NCBI GenBank assembly: GCA_026025795.1
Contig: JAPEUG010000058.1
Span: forward strand, 1-63,257
DNA from: Thelocarpon superellum
Lineage: Eukaryota
Length of the DNA: 63,257 nt
Reading direction: 5' to 3'
Under the pieces are notes generated by a model. It searched no databases and was not told where the DNA came from. It saw only the letters and a program-made list of their open reading frames with translations. Shown here piece after piece: positions 26,839 through 39,246 of the stretch. The first letter of the stretch is position 1. Every line of letters starts with the position of its first letter. The position numbers were made by a program, and so were the translations under genes.

Positions 26839-28941
26839 ATGGTCTACATCGTTCCTGCCGCGCCTCGGCCGAGCGCAAACGCGCACCTCCCGCCGACCAA
26901 GGAGATCCCTCGCCGTCCGAGCCTCTCTGGGCGAGTGCGCACGCGAGATGAAGCGGAGATGGACGAGCTTCTGGATATGACAGCCCCAACCCCGGGCAAA
27001 CGAGCGAAAGTCTCCTTCGATCCTCAAGTGCGTGTCCAGACGGTGGGCCAGTGGGAAAAAGGACTGGATCTCATCCGCGAGGAGGTCCGGCGTAGTCTGG
27101 AGCGCCATCGTCAGGGCGACAACGCTGGATACGACGGCATCAAGGAGATCTTCTCGACCGATCCTTTCGATGGCAATGCGCCGTCCCCGGCCACGGTCAA
27201 GAATCATCTCCTGGCCCTGACCGGTAATGTGTCGCTTTTGGACCGGTCGTGCTCGGGCCTGATCCATGCCGTCCTATCGACCGCCTGGCTCGGGAGGGAC
27301 GATGGCTTTGTCACGCTGTACGTCCGATGGCTCGGCAATCTGGTGTCGGCGCAAGGGACGCACGTTGGAGTGGTCTTGGGCATGCTGGTCCGCCAATTCA
27401 CCACCGGTTCGTCTCGTCATTCCGCTTGGCATTGAGCCTACTAACCCGTTCGGCCAGTCTCGACTAACGCCGGCCATCTACCGGCATACCCGCCCGTCCG
27501 GCCGCTCCAACGTTACAATCGGATACATATGGCCCTGAAGTACCTTCTGCAGCTCATCCCCGCCGCCAGCAGCATCCTGTCGCCCGTGTTGACCGCCCGC
27601 TTCCCGCCGGCCGAGGACACGAGAAAAGTCCACACGGTCTACGTTCGGAATTTGCTCCGACTGATTGGATACGCTCCGGAGCTCAAATCAGACGTGATGG
27701 CCCTAATCACCGATCGACTGCTCAAGATCGACGTGCAGGTCCAGGTGGATCTGGAAGATCTCGAGGACGAAGTCGGCGAAGTGCTGGCGCAGGACGTCGT
27801 CCCGCCGCTGGACGCTTCGCATGAGTTGGCGGGACGGGAGTCTGAGGAGGACGAGGCCGAGAGCGACGTCGAATCTGCTGCCAGCGATGAGTCCGTGGAT
27901 CCCGAACGCTTGCGCATGAAGGAAGTCACGTCCAACGTGCGCAAGATTGATGCCATCATGGACCTTCTCTTTGCCTTCTACGCCCCCGCCTATCGCGATC
28001 CGTCGCATCCCGACGGCCTGAACGCTTTTCGAATCCTCTTGAACCATTTCGCAAGCATCATCCTCCCCACCTACCGCTCACGACACACTCAATTCCTCCT
28101 CTTCCATTTCGCGCAGACGTCGCCCCTCCTGATGGATGAATTTGTGGGCGCTTGTGCGCACCTGGCCTTCGAAGAGGGCCGACCCGCCATCATGAAGCAA
28201 TCCGCCGCGGCCTACCTCGCCAGCTTCATCGCGCGTGGGGCGCATGTGCCGGCCCAGATCGTGCAGGACGTCTTTTACGTGCTGGGCGACCATCTCGACC
28301 TCATTCGCACCCGCGAAGAAGGCGCCTGCACTGGCCCCGACATGCGGCGCTACGGCACTTTCTATGCCATGGTGCAAGCCCTCCTGTACATCTTCTGCTT
28401 CCGCTGGCGTGATCTCGTGGCCCGTCCCGACGATGACAGCGACCACGAGGACGCCGTCTTGGTGGACGGCAACGACATCGCCTGGGCTCCACGGACCAAG
28501 GAGATCCTGACGCGGAACATCTACTCGAAGTTGAATCCCTTGAAGATCTGCGCCCCCTCGATCGTGAACGAGTTTGCCCGCATCGCCCATCACGTCCGCT
28601 TCATGTACATTTTCCCAATCCTCGAGACCAACAAGCGGCTCCGCCTGACCCACAGCACCAGCGCGATCGCGCCCGGAGTCGGGTACAGTGGCCCGGAGCG
28701 AGAGACGGCGCTGACGGCGCGGAAGGAGGAGAGTTATCAGCAGCTGGACGCCTACTTTCCCTTTGACCCATACCACCTGCCCGTAAGCAAGCGCTGGATC
28801 GAGGGGGACTATGTTGAGTGGCGCGGAATCCCGGGCCTCGACCGCGCGCGTGCCGCCGCCGACAGCGAGAGCGACGAAGAGGCCGAGATGGACAGCGAAG
28901 ATGAAGAGGACGACACTGGCACGGAGGTGGAGAGCGATTGA
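26839..28941 (+). CDS. RRN3: RNA polymerase I-specific transcription initiation factor Rrn3, 2 exons
   Basis: ALKYLLQLIP, LLKIDVQVQVDLEDL, ILPTYRSRHTQFLLFH, AAAYLASFIARGA, QALLYIFCFRW, SKLNPLKIC and LDAYFPFDPY. Confidence 0.95.
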
Positions 28942-30175
28942 TTGCACCGCTTGTACCCAGACTATGGGCGTGAAACCTGTCCCTGCCGTACCCGCGCTGG
29001 GGTTCGTTGGCTAGAAATTGCCAAAACTGCCTCCATAGATTTCATGAGCGTCAAAGGCATGGTCCAGGATGACAAACATGGGGAACACCCGACAGATAAA
29101 GGTGTTGAGTGACGACGCTCGATGCCTGACGCTCGATGCTTGGTGACGGCGATTGACACCCATTCACGATGGGGAACGGGTCGTGCAGATAACAGCCACA
29201 GGCCGACGTCAGAAGGCAGAACGTAGGTTGACGTCACTGCGCCCAATGGCGTCCCCGGGTCTCTGGATCGTGTCTGTCGCGCCACATCTGCACCGGCCTG
29301 CCGCGGCATCACCCCGGAAACTGAGATGCTAAAAGATCGCTTTGAATTCGAGGGAGCCACCCTGATACTGCTCTATCGATTGATACCGGTATCGAGAGGT
29401 AATCCCATCCTCTGCGCACCGGCAGAGGCTGGGCAAGCCTGCTTCGCCGTGCAGCAACTGAGCATACGTCCAGGGCCGTGACTGAGGAGGGTCACGTTTG
29501 GAAAAAGGACGCTAGGGGCACCAGAGCCAATGAGCGCTCGTCCGTGGGTGACGTACCGCGTAGTAGCCGAGAAACCTAATAGGCGCGACTCGTGCTGCAG
29601 TGTCAAGAGCTCGAGGAGACGCATGTTCTCCATGCTGCCAGTCCGCGGCTCCCCACGGTCCTTCCATGTACCATCCCCTCCCACGGCACCCTCCCGCACC
29701 GAACCGGGCCGATCGTGACATGGGATCCACTGGGACACTGGCCTGTCTCCGTATGCTCCGCCCATAACCGAAAGTGCAGGGTGTGGCGGCGTGGACGGGT
29801 GCCGAACGCACCGGCTGACGAGAGAAGTCGAGGCCATCAACATCTCTCGCTCAAGTTACCCCCGCTCTCGCACATCGCCGACCATGTATCAGTCTTTTCA
29901 AGCCCCCCTCATGACCAAGATGTCTTCACTGCTGCTGCGCACCCCGTTCTCGGGTCCTCCTCGTAAGTCAACGCTCCTTCGTCTTGTTCTGCCGGCGCCT
30001 GGCCTTCTCGCTGTTCTTCATCCGTCTGGCAACTCCCTGGGTTGCGATCCTCGTACGAGCTCATCCGCCACGTCCGGATCTTTTCCTGTATTCCCGTGCC
30101 ACCATCCCTCTTCATCCCTCTCTCTTGTCTTCGTTGTCATCTTTGAGGCGTCTTCATCCCCTCCCCATTGCCAGC

Positions 30176-33100
30176 ATGGGTCGAGACCTCCCCGAGGGGG
30201 CTCGGCCCGCCAATGAGCCACGTCCCGCGCTGACTCCCTACAAGGAGCGTCGCTGGCGTGACATCGCCTTACGTCCGCTCCGTCGCCTGCGACAGAATAC
30301 TGAGGACGACGAGGCCGAGTTCGAGACCCAGCCTCTGGTGTCGCCGACCAAGTCGTCGTTCACCCCATCTCCTCGTGCGGGCCCGCCAATCTCTTCTGGT
30401 GGCACCCCACGTCACCTAGCTCAGGACCAGGCACGCTTCCGTGGCGCCCGTGTGACCCCCCCTTCCCAGATCTCCCCCCTCTTTGCCGATTCATTCCTTC
30501 AAGACGGCCAACCCGTCGAGAGCCCCACCCCAGCGGCCCGCACCACACCGATCGGCCCTTCCCATTCCTCTCCTGCCGCTCGTGGCCATCATCGGTGGAT
30601 CCAGCCCAGGCGCCATCTCCGAGAGGCCAGCGAAGTCGTCGACGACCGTCCGGTTCCGTTGTCCTTCGTCCCATCCACTTCGACGGGGGATTTCTTGTCC
30701 GCCCTGTCGTACCCTGCCCCCCACGAGGCCGATGTGAGCTCTCTCCCACTTTCACACTGCCCTAGTCTGACCCTTTCCTTTGGCAGCCGCGGCTCGACGG
30801 CGGCCGAGCCCCGATCAGCCCCAGCGCGGCCTGGTGGCGCACTGACGCGGCACCCGCCGAAGAACCTAGGGGCGCACGGGCCGGCTTGCGACTTCCTCCC
30901 ACCCCGTCTTCGGGCAAGGAGTTCTTTGCTGACAAGGACGACGTCTCCGGATACTCCTCGTCACACCTCCACGCCGGCGGGAGGGTGGAGTTCGGCGCGT
31001 CAAACTGGGTGGCCGGAGCGCCCGGCTTCACTCCACCTCACACCCCTCACAACCCCTCCTTCCCCCATCATCACGACGACGGGGCCCCTGAGCCAACGCT
31101 CTTCGGCCTGACCTTTGAGACTGCCGCGGCAGGTCTCAATCGATCCCCCGCCACCTCCTCCGTTTATTCTTCCCCCGCCGCGTCTCTCCACTCCCTTGGG
31201 AGGACTTCCTTAGACCAGGGCGCTCGCCCAGCTCTTGGTCCCCATCCTCGGGCCGCGATTACACGGCGGTCGCCTGGATCCTCTCACGAGGCGGGTGATC
31301 ACCCTCCGATCCTCCTCGGCCCTCGATTTGCCGAGGCACCTCGCCGAGGAGTCTCGTCTTCCACTCACCCCCAGGGCGCCATGGCGAGCTCCCAATATCT
31401 CAACCCGGCGGCCGCTCAAGCTCCTCATGCCAAGACCAAGGAGCTGGCGGTCCGTGCTGCTCGAGACTGGCAAGCCGTGGTGGACGAGAAGGTGCGGAAG
31501 ATGGGGGCGGCCGATCCCTCCTTTGAGTTCCTCGAGCTCATCGGGAAAGGCGCCTTCGGGCGGGTGTTCAAGAGGTATGTCTGGTCCCGCAGACCCCTGC
31601 TCACTCGCAACGATGACGAACGGGCGGGAAGCTGATCTTGCGTGCGTCCAGCAAACACATACCGACCAACAAGATTGTCGCTGTGAAGATCGTCGATGTG
31701 GACGCCTCGGACGCCGTCACCATGACCTCCGACGAGAGTGTGTTCGATAAGTTCCTGATCGAGACGAAGATCATGAAGACACTCAAGGAGATGAACGCGA
31801 AGAACATCAACCTCATCTTCGATGCATTTCCCTTTGATCGTGACGTCTGGATCATCAGCGAGTATTGTCCGGGTGGAAGTGTGGCTACGCTGGTATGTGG
31901 ATAACCTCGCCCTCCCCTAGCTCGCGCCCTCCTCTCCTTGGGGCCGTGAGCTGAGCAGCAGCCGCTGACCGTGGATAGATGAAAGCCAAAAACACTCCGG
32001 GCTTACCCGAGCACTACATCATCCCCATCGCCCGTGAGCTGGCCGAAGCGTTGAAGTGGGTACATAGCGTAGGCGTCATCCACCGCGACGTCAAGCGTAA
32101 GTGTCACTGAAGGCGATTGATGTCGCGCGTCTCAAGCACTCACACCTGACAGCATCCAATGTCCTGGTTGGAGAGAACGGCAGCGTCCAGCTCTGTGACT
32201 TTGGCGTGTCCAAGATGATGGAGCTCAACGCGGAGCTCAAGTTCGACAAGCGGGCAACGTTCACGGGCACAACCTACTACATGCCTATCGAGCTGCTCGT
32301 GGCCGAGGCGCAGAATGACCAGAACCTCAAGCTACCCCCGACCAAGCGTCCGCCTGAGGTCAAGGCCAACTATGGCTTCGAGGTGGGTGTCAGCGACCGA
32401 TGAGCGGAGAGAAGACGCCGACTGACCTTGCTGTCCTGCTCAGATGGACATCTGGGCCTTTGGCTGCGTGTTGTATGAACTCGCCACGGGCTTACCACCC
32501 AACGCCAAGGTTGGGTGGGAGCCGCGGGCGCTCGCGATGGCGCTCGAGCGAAAGATCCCGCGACTGGAGGATGAGAGCTACTCTGACGAGCTTCGTGACC
32601 TGATCACCATGTGCATGCAGGCTCGCCCCGAGGATCGTCCGTCGATCGAGGTGGTGCAGCAACACCGACTGCTCTACCTCAGCGAGGGTCAGTATCCTAC
32701 CGCATCGCTGCGGAATCTGGTGGAAGAGTATCACTGGTGGGAGATGTCGGGTGGGCAGCGCTCGTCCTTGTTCGTCGCGAGCGGCGCGGTGGTCTCGGAC
32801 CAGGCGTCATTCACTCCGGAAGACGATTTCTGGAATTACAGCACTACAGAAAACTTCGACCGCTCTGTGGCGGCGCGTCGAGCCTCCGCCCTCCTCCCTC
32901 AGCCTCCACCTCCTGTCGAGGATCCCGAGAGCCATCCACGCATCCCCTTCCGTCGGAACGCACTCGAGCGTCTCTTCGATGAGAACGACAACTACAACTA
33001 TCTCGATCGAGGGAAGCCCAAGGATCCGCCTCCGATGGAGTCAACGTCAGATCTCCCCCTCCGTGACCACAACCAGAACTCGTCCATCCGTGACACCATG

Positions 33101-34555
33101 ATCGATCTCGGAGACTTTGACACCGAGACTGGCACCGCCAAGATCCCGGCGCTGCTCACCATTCGCGGCAACAAGTCGAGCAACATGCACTTCCACGATT
33201 CCGACGAGGAAGATGACGCCGGCGCGTTGACCTACCGTCAGTCGGGTCCGGTTCCGCCGCGGCAGGATGACCACGACCGCGACAAGCGTGGGACCATGCA
33301 ATGGACCTTTCCGGGTCTCCCTGCGGCCGAAGTGACTCCGGCGCCTCCGATCCCGGAGGAAGATGACCACACGCGCCGACAGACGATGGACATGGAGTGG
33401 AAGTTCCCCAGCCTGCCGCCGTCGACGGTGGGTGGCACTCAGCGCAACTCCTACATCGAGATCCCCTCGTCTACGGCAACGACCTTGACTGGTGGCAGCT
33501 CCCTGGCGAGCGACGGACGCGATCCACATCGTGGGCGCGGAGCGGATCCGCCGGCCTCGTCGCGTCAGCTAGCTCAAGCTGGCTTCGAGCCCGGCTTCGG
33601 TGCGGCGAACCTGCAAGAGACCATGTCCGCTCCCGTGTCCCCTCCCGACACGATGATCGACCTCGGCGACTACTATCCTCGGCCCTCGACGGCCGACTCG
33701 GCCCCGGGACCTTTCTCGCCCGGGCTCGACCCGGACGATCCTTTTGGCGTGGAGACGACGCAGGACTCGGGCCCGGCCAACCGCTTCTCCTACCATAAGC
33801 AGACACGCTCCGACCCCACGGCGCCCGGGATGATGGAGTCGAGCAAGGGCAAGGAGCGTGGCTTGCATGAGGCGGACGATGACGATTCGGATGGTGATGA
33901 CACGGCGGTGCTTCACGATCAGAACGCCAAGCAGAATTGGAAGCAGAAGTTCTACAAGGAGTGGAAGGACGCCGATCTGTTCGATCCGATCCCCAAGAAC
34001 ATCAAATATCCGGGCGAGGGGCGCGCTCACGAGGGTGACGGCGTCCGGTCGGGGCACTCCCGCCGCCATCGTCAACGTGGCTCGTCGACACGTTCCGGCG
34101 ATGCCAACTCGCCGGCTCCGTCTCGGCTCAACGTCGATCAAGGCAGGAGCAGCAGCCGCCGGCGTGAGGCGGAGTCGGTGTCCCGCACGCGCAGCACGCG
34201 CACCCACACGGCCCACCCCAGCGTCGAGGCCGACGAGCTGGTGGACGAGGCGACGACGCGCGAGGCGGTGCGCAAGCTCAAGGCGGCCCACGCGCAAGCG
34301 CACGGGGCCGCGCCGACGGGCTCCAACTCCGAGTCGGACGACGACAGCATCTTCGACTTCCGTGGCCTGGAGCGCTACGTGGCGCAGCCTGGCCCGGCCG
34401 CTCCCTCTGTCGACGCGCTGGCCGAGGGCGCCGACCCCGAAGATCTGGCCCGGGAATTCGAGCGAGTGCTCGGGGCGTGGACTGAGGGGCTGGAGGTTAT
34501 CCGCGCGGTCATGGAGGGCAAGGGGGACCGTCGGAGTGAGGAGAGCCGTCGGTAG
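30176..34555 (+). CDS. NAK1: STE20/GCK-family Ser/Thr kinase, Nak1/Kic1/POD-6-like; family-typical Met at 31381, possible extended start at 30176
   Basis: LIGKGAFGRVFK, VAVK, EYCPGGSVATL, HRDVKPSN (across an intron), VQLCDFGV and DIWAFG; long disordered C-terminus. The start site is uncertain (see findings). Confidence 0.85.
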
Positions 34556-34854
34556 GGAGAGGGGGGGATATGCTTACGGGGGTGGCCATACGATACCTTT
34601 GCATTGCTTTCATGATCGTGTGCCTGCACCGGCAACCAAGTCTGATACTTTGTCTGACGGATGAGACTATCTAGTCAATGAAAATGAGCATTAATGACCA
34701 CATGTCTGGATAATGGGCTGAACGGTGTCTTGAGGGTTCCTTGTATTCTGAGGCACTCCGGAATCGCAACAGAATATCGAAAGTCAATGTTGGAATCAGG
34801 GACCAGATCCACCTGCGGATGGTCTGGTCTCAGGTTGATCATTCTCTTGTTGCT

Positions 34855-34952
34855 CTAGTGTAGGAATCAGAGCTGAATTGCTAATCTACGCGTAGTCGGG
34901 ATAGTAATAGGAGTAGGCACGTGATCAGATCACGTGCGCACTCCTACACTAG
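34855..34952. mobile_element. Putative 90-bp non-autonomous element or mini solo-LTR (TGTAGGA...TCCTACA flanked by CTAG)
   Basis: Inverted termini CTAGTGTAGGA / TCCTACACTAG; internal hairpin containing two CACGTG; lies between convergent genes. Confidence 0.45.
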
Positions 34953-35562
34953 TAAATATGTTGCTCTTAATGGAAGTTCTGCGCCAGGTGTTGACTGTTG
35001 TCTCACCAGAGTCCAGTCACGTGAGGTCCGACCTCTAGCACCTGTTCCTGACGGTTGAATGGTAGATGTTATAAGTGATTTAATGAACGGGTTCACGAGA
35101 ACGAGCAAGTGCTCCCCGCTGCAATGTGGGGCATCTTAGGTGAATTGAAGGGAGGACGTCGCGAGTGAATCTGATTTTCGAACATGGCGTGTGGGGGGAG
35201 GGCGGTTTGCTTTCAGCCTCATCCCGAGATTCTGCGCACGGGGCTTTGCTCATTGTCAGTGTGTACTCCAATCGGTAGACACATCTGAGGATGCATTTTG
35301 CACTTTCGCACTGAACGATCCACTGCCTTGAGTAGGGAAGGACGATTTCTGCTGCAGAAGCTGTCACGTACTTACATCGACAGATGGGGTGTAAGAAGGT
35401 ATGGTCCCCCAAATCCAACCGAATCAAGCCCGCAGCCACCTTCAAGGTGTATGAGAATTCTACCAACTCTGCTCTTTCCTAATCTTTTATCCTCCATTTT
35501 GAAAGATAGGCAACGCCCAGGAAAATGTAGACACAGATGACACCCTGAAAGATAGGAAAGAA

Positions 35563-37109
35563 TCACTCGATGAGCGCCAAATCGCCCAACAGCAATCGCT
35601 GGTAACGAGCGACCATCTCCTGGATCCGAAGTAGGATGGAGGCTGCTAGCATCTTGATTCGGTCGTCGTCGTTCTTTTCTTCGTGAATTGCGCCGGTTTC
35701 TTTGCCTCTGCCTCTGCCTCTGCCTGTGCCTGTATTCCGTTCAGTCGTGTTTTCCTTCCCCTCTTTCGCTCCTCGACTTGAAGTGGAATCAGACGCGTCA
35801 AAAACAGCCTGGGCCCAGGCACGCAACTCAAGCATTTCGCGGCCCTGCTGTTCCGCCATTCGCCGACCGTGGGTTTGCGAGGTGCCGTTGATGTCGAGTA
35901 GTGTCAGGGCTGTGAAGAGGAGGGACTCGAGGACCGTGCGGTCTTGATCTATTCCACCCCTTCCCTCCCCCCCATTGTAACCTCCTGCTTTCCGGGTTGA
36001 CGAGCCAGAGGCGGAGGACGTGGATGAGAGAAGAGAGAGCAAGAGTTCAAACAGCTCGCTCGTCATCTGAGCTAGTGCTGGACTGCTGGACCCCGAGGCG
36101 TGGAGGATCAGAGATATGGTCTTGAGGTAAGTCGATAGCAGGTGTGGCGTCGCGTGGATGTTGGAGTGAGGGGATGAGCCACTACATTCCAAACAGTCAG
36201 CGTAGAGTATGAGAACACCGTCGGGAAAAGAAAAGGAGAATGAAAATGACTTACTATGTCTTCAACTGCACCCACCACCGGCCCGTCAGAGGAAAGAAAA
36301 AGCCAGCCGCGACAATCTTGGCCAACTCGTTCGCTACAGGCTTCTTCCGCTTCTTCTCCACTTCCATTCGAGAGGAGAAGGTACGGACTTTCAACGCGTT
36401 CGGCCCGGTAACTTTGTCTGCGGCTTCGAGAGCCATCGGCTCAATCATTGTCCTTTCGAGACGCGACGCAAGCTCATCCACTTCTATCCGTCTCTGCTCC
36501 TGCTTGTGCTGCCGTTGGTGTTCAGACGCGTACAGCTGGTGCAGATGGACAGGGAGCTGTTTGGTTGGAAAGGAGGTGTTGAGGAGGGAGGTGGCGCCTG
36601 TGATTTTTCCATCTTCTTCTGCAAAACCTGCCACCTCTCGTGCGCCCATGCCGAGCGTGTTCAATATGGACATGCGTTGGCCGATGGAATAGTCACCCTC
36701 GAAGAAGGTCCGAGAAAACCATTGTCCCATTCGGAGAGGCCGCGCGACAAGAGTTGCGATCATGGCCTGTTGGCGCATCTCCGCGAACCGGTCCATGTCG
36801 TACTTGTCGGCCAGGCCCACCAGGAGCGTAGCTAGCTCTTCGAGGTGCTCGCTCACTTCTGTGCCGAAATTGGCCTTTCGACGGATCAACGTCGCCGCAT
36901 TCGTCAAGGCCAGACGCTGGCGGTCATAGTTCTCCGTGTCTCGAAGACCGTTGATCAAGTCGCGAATATAGCTTATATCTGTTAGTGCGGAGGCCTCGTA
37001 AGTTTATGACCGGACTTACACCGGCGCTGTGGGTTTATTCCGTTGCACCATAGTTGCATCCTCTTCCGAGTCTTCGGCGTCCGAGTCTGGCTTCTCGTAG
37101 GGTCGAAAC

Positions 37110-37146
<37 letters not shown>

Positions 37147-39004
37147 CGATCTCGTCCTCGTCATCATCCACTTCTTCAATTGAGATGATCTTCGACGTAT
37201 GTGTCTCAATGGTCGGTCGTGGTGTGATTTTCCGCGGTCCTCCCTTACCAGACACTCGTTCATTTGGCGCCACCAGATCCTCCAACTTCCCAATTCGATC
37301 CTTCACCCTTGTCAAGCTCTGGTACCATCGCGCTCCGTCATCTTCTAGTTCTTCCATTCCAAAAGTTAAGCGCTTATCCGGTGCGTCAATCAGCTCGGAG
37401 ATCGTAGTCCCGACTATGACGCCGAGAAATCGGCTTCGTTGGGATGAGGCACTGAGTCGGTTGGAAATGGCGTTCAGGTAGACTGATGACCGACAAATCG
37501 AAGCCAGCTTTGCTGCAGACGCCCGATGGACATATCCTGCGGCAAGGAGAAGGACTTGCGCGTTGACTAGATTGGGTCAGAAAGTATCCTGACTGTGGTC
37601 ACTTTGAATCTCACCCTCTTGATAGAGAACCGGCGTGTGCTTCATATACACGCTATCACCGAATTGCTGCAAACTCTTCTCCAAGACGGCCACATCTCTC
37701 CCTGGCGAGTTTCAGCCTCGGAAATCCATGTCAATCAGTACGCATACCCTCGTCGCCACTCAGTGCCGCGATGGCGGCCCGTCTGATGTTCACTGCATCA
37801 CCTGCGCCACCTCCTGAACTCCCCGTCAACCAAGAGACAAGATCATTCTTCAAAGAGTCGATGCCCTCGATCAGGCCAGCAATCAGAGCAGCGGCTCCGC
37901 CCACTTTGCCGGCATCCACCTCCCACCAGCGCTCCTGATCGCCGTTTGATGGGGTTGACGTGAGATAAGTTTTGGGCATTAGGCGTAGAATGAGGTATAA
38001 AATGTTACGCTGTTCATGTGCCATCAATGATCTCGTAAGGAATCGGAAATGTTCCCGGTCAAGTGTGCTTTGCAGAAGAGCTCGAGTCAACTGATCCACG
38101 ATCTGGTCTGGATCCGATTAGAACGACGTTCGAACACAGAGTCGGAGATCTTACCACCATAGCCAAGTCGCAACGACTTCCCAAGCAGGTCAGATGCTGC
38201 TCGCCAAGAGGCCTCATCGGCGCTCGTCAGAGGCGACGCCATGACAACAAGATTCTGACCGAGCCATTGGGAGTAGAGTGCTCCGTCGCCAACCCACGGC
38301 TGCTCAGTAAGGTCTTTGCTGGCTTGTCCGATGACCTGCGCGGCCTCCGCGACGGTCGAGAGAACTTTCCCAGTACCCAGCAGCGCAAGCAGCTCTTTCC
38401 AGACCATCGACCGTTGGGTTGGGTTGCCACATGAGTTCAAGCCCGTCCAGATCCGTTGGACAAAACCGGGCCCGCTTAGAAGATCCGAGAGCAGGTCGAC
38501 TAGGTCTGCCAGATGTTGACAGGGCTGACTGACTCCGGTTGGCTTCTTCCCTTCCTTTTCTGCAGCAATCAGAGCTCGAAGACGAGCCAGGATTCCTCCC
38601 AAGCCGGCGACGTTGCTCAAGCATCGTAGCAGCAGTCGCCGGTCCTTGGCGTGTTGATCTGAGCTCCTTGCAACACCGTCCCGTGCGGCATTGAGAGCGC
38701 TCCAGTAGTCCAAGACCGTGTAATCTACCAGGACCCTCACCACCTGGGACGTTTGAGGTGTTGGAAGATGAAGATTGAAATCATGCTCCCTGGCCTGATC
38801 CTGGGTGAGGAAGCGTAGAACCGTGCGGAGAGCTGTAAGTGGTGGCTTTGACTGAAGCACTAGAATGGCTTCTTTGACTGTTGTCACCGTTGGGTCATTT
38901 GCCGTGGTGGACTTGGCGGGTGAATCACCATCCACGGGTGCCTCGTCGCCGTCATCGGCTGCCCCCACCTTGCTCGTCTTGATTGGTCTCAGGAGTTCCT
39001 CCAT
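35563..39004 (-). CDS. TEL2: Telomere length regulation protein Tel2 (TTT complex), multi-exon
   Basis: MEELLRPIKT start; acidic linker with PYEKPDSDAEDSEED; PV|YIRDLINGL, LIRRKANFGTEV and FFEGDYSIGQR motifs. Confidence 0.9.
37111..37143. repeat. Coding microsatellite (CAT)11 encoding poly-Asp in Tel2
   Basis: Directly visible; reads GAT repeats on the coding (-) strand. Confidence 0.9.
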
Positions 39005-39246
39005 GACACCGTTCAAGATCGCGAGCCTTCAGATGAGCTTCTCGTCGAAACGACATCTGATCCCGGCATCGACCGTGCCTCTGTACTTCAGCGTCCGCCC
39101 AGGTGGGACCCTCAAGCGCTGTGGCACCGGGTAATTGATGACTCGCGTGGTGCGTTTGTCCAGGCGAGCCTCCGGTCTCGTTCCCCACCCCGCTACTGGT
39201 ACGAGTATTGTGGTCGACGGCCCCCCGTCTGCCAGTGGCAGCAATC

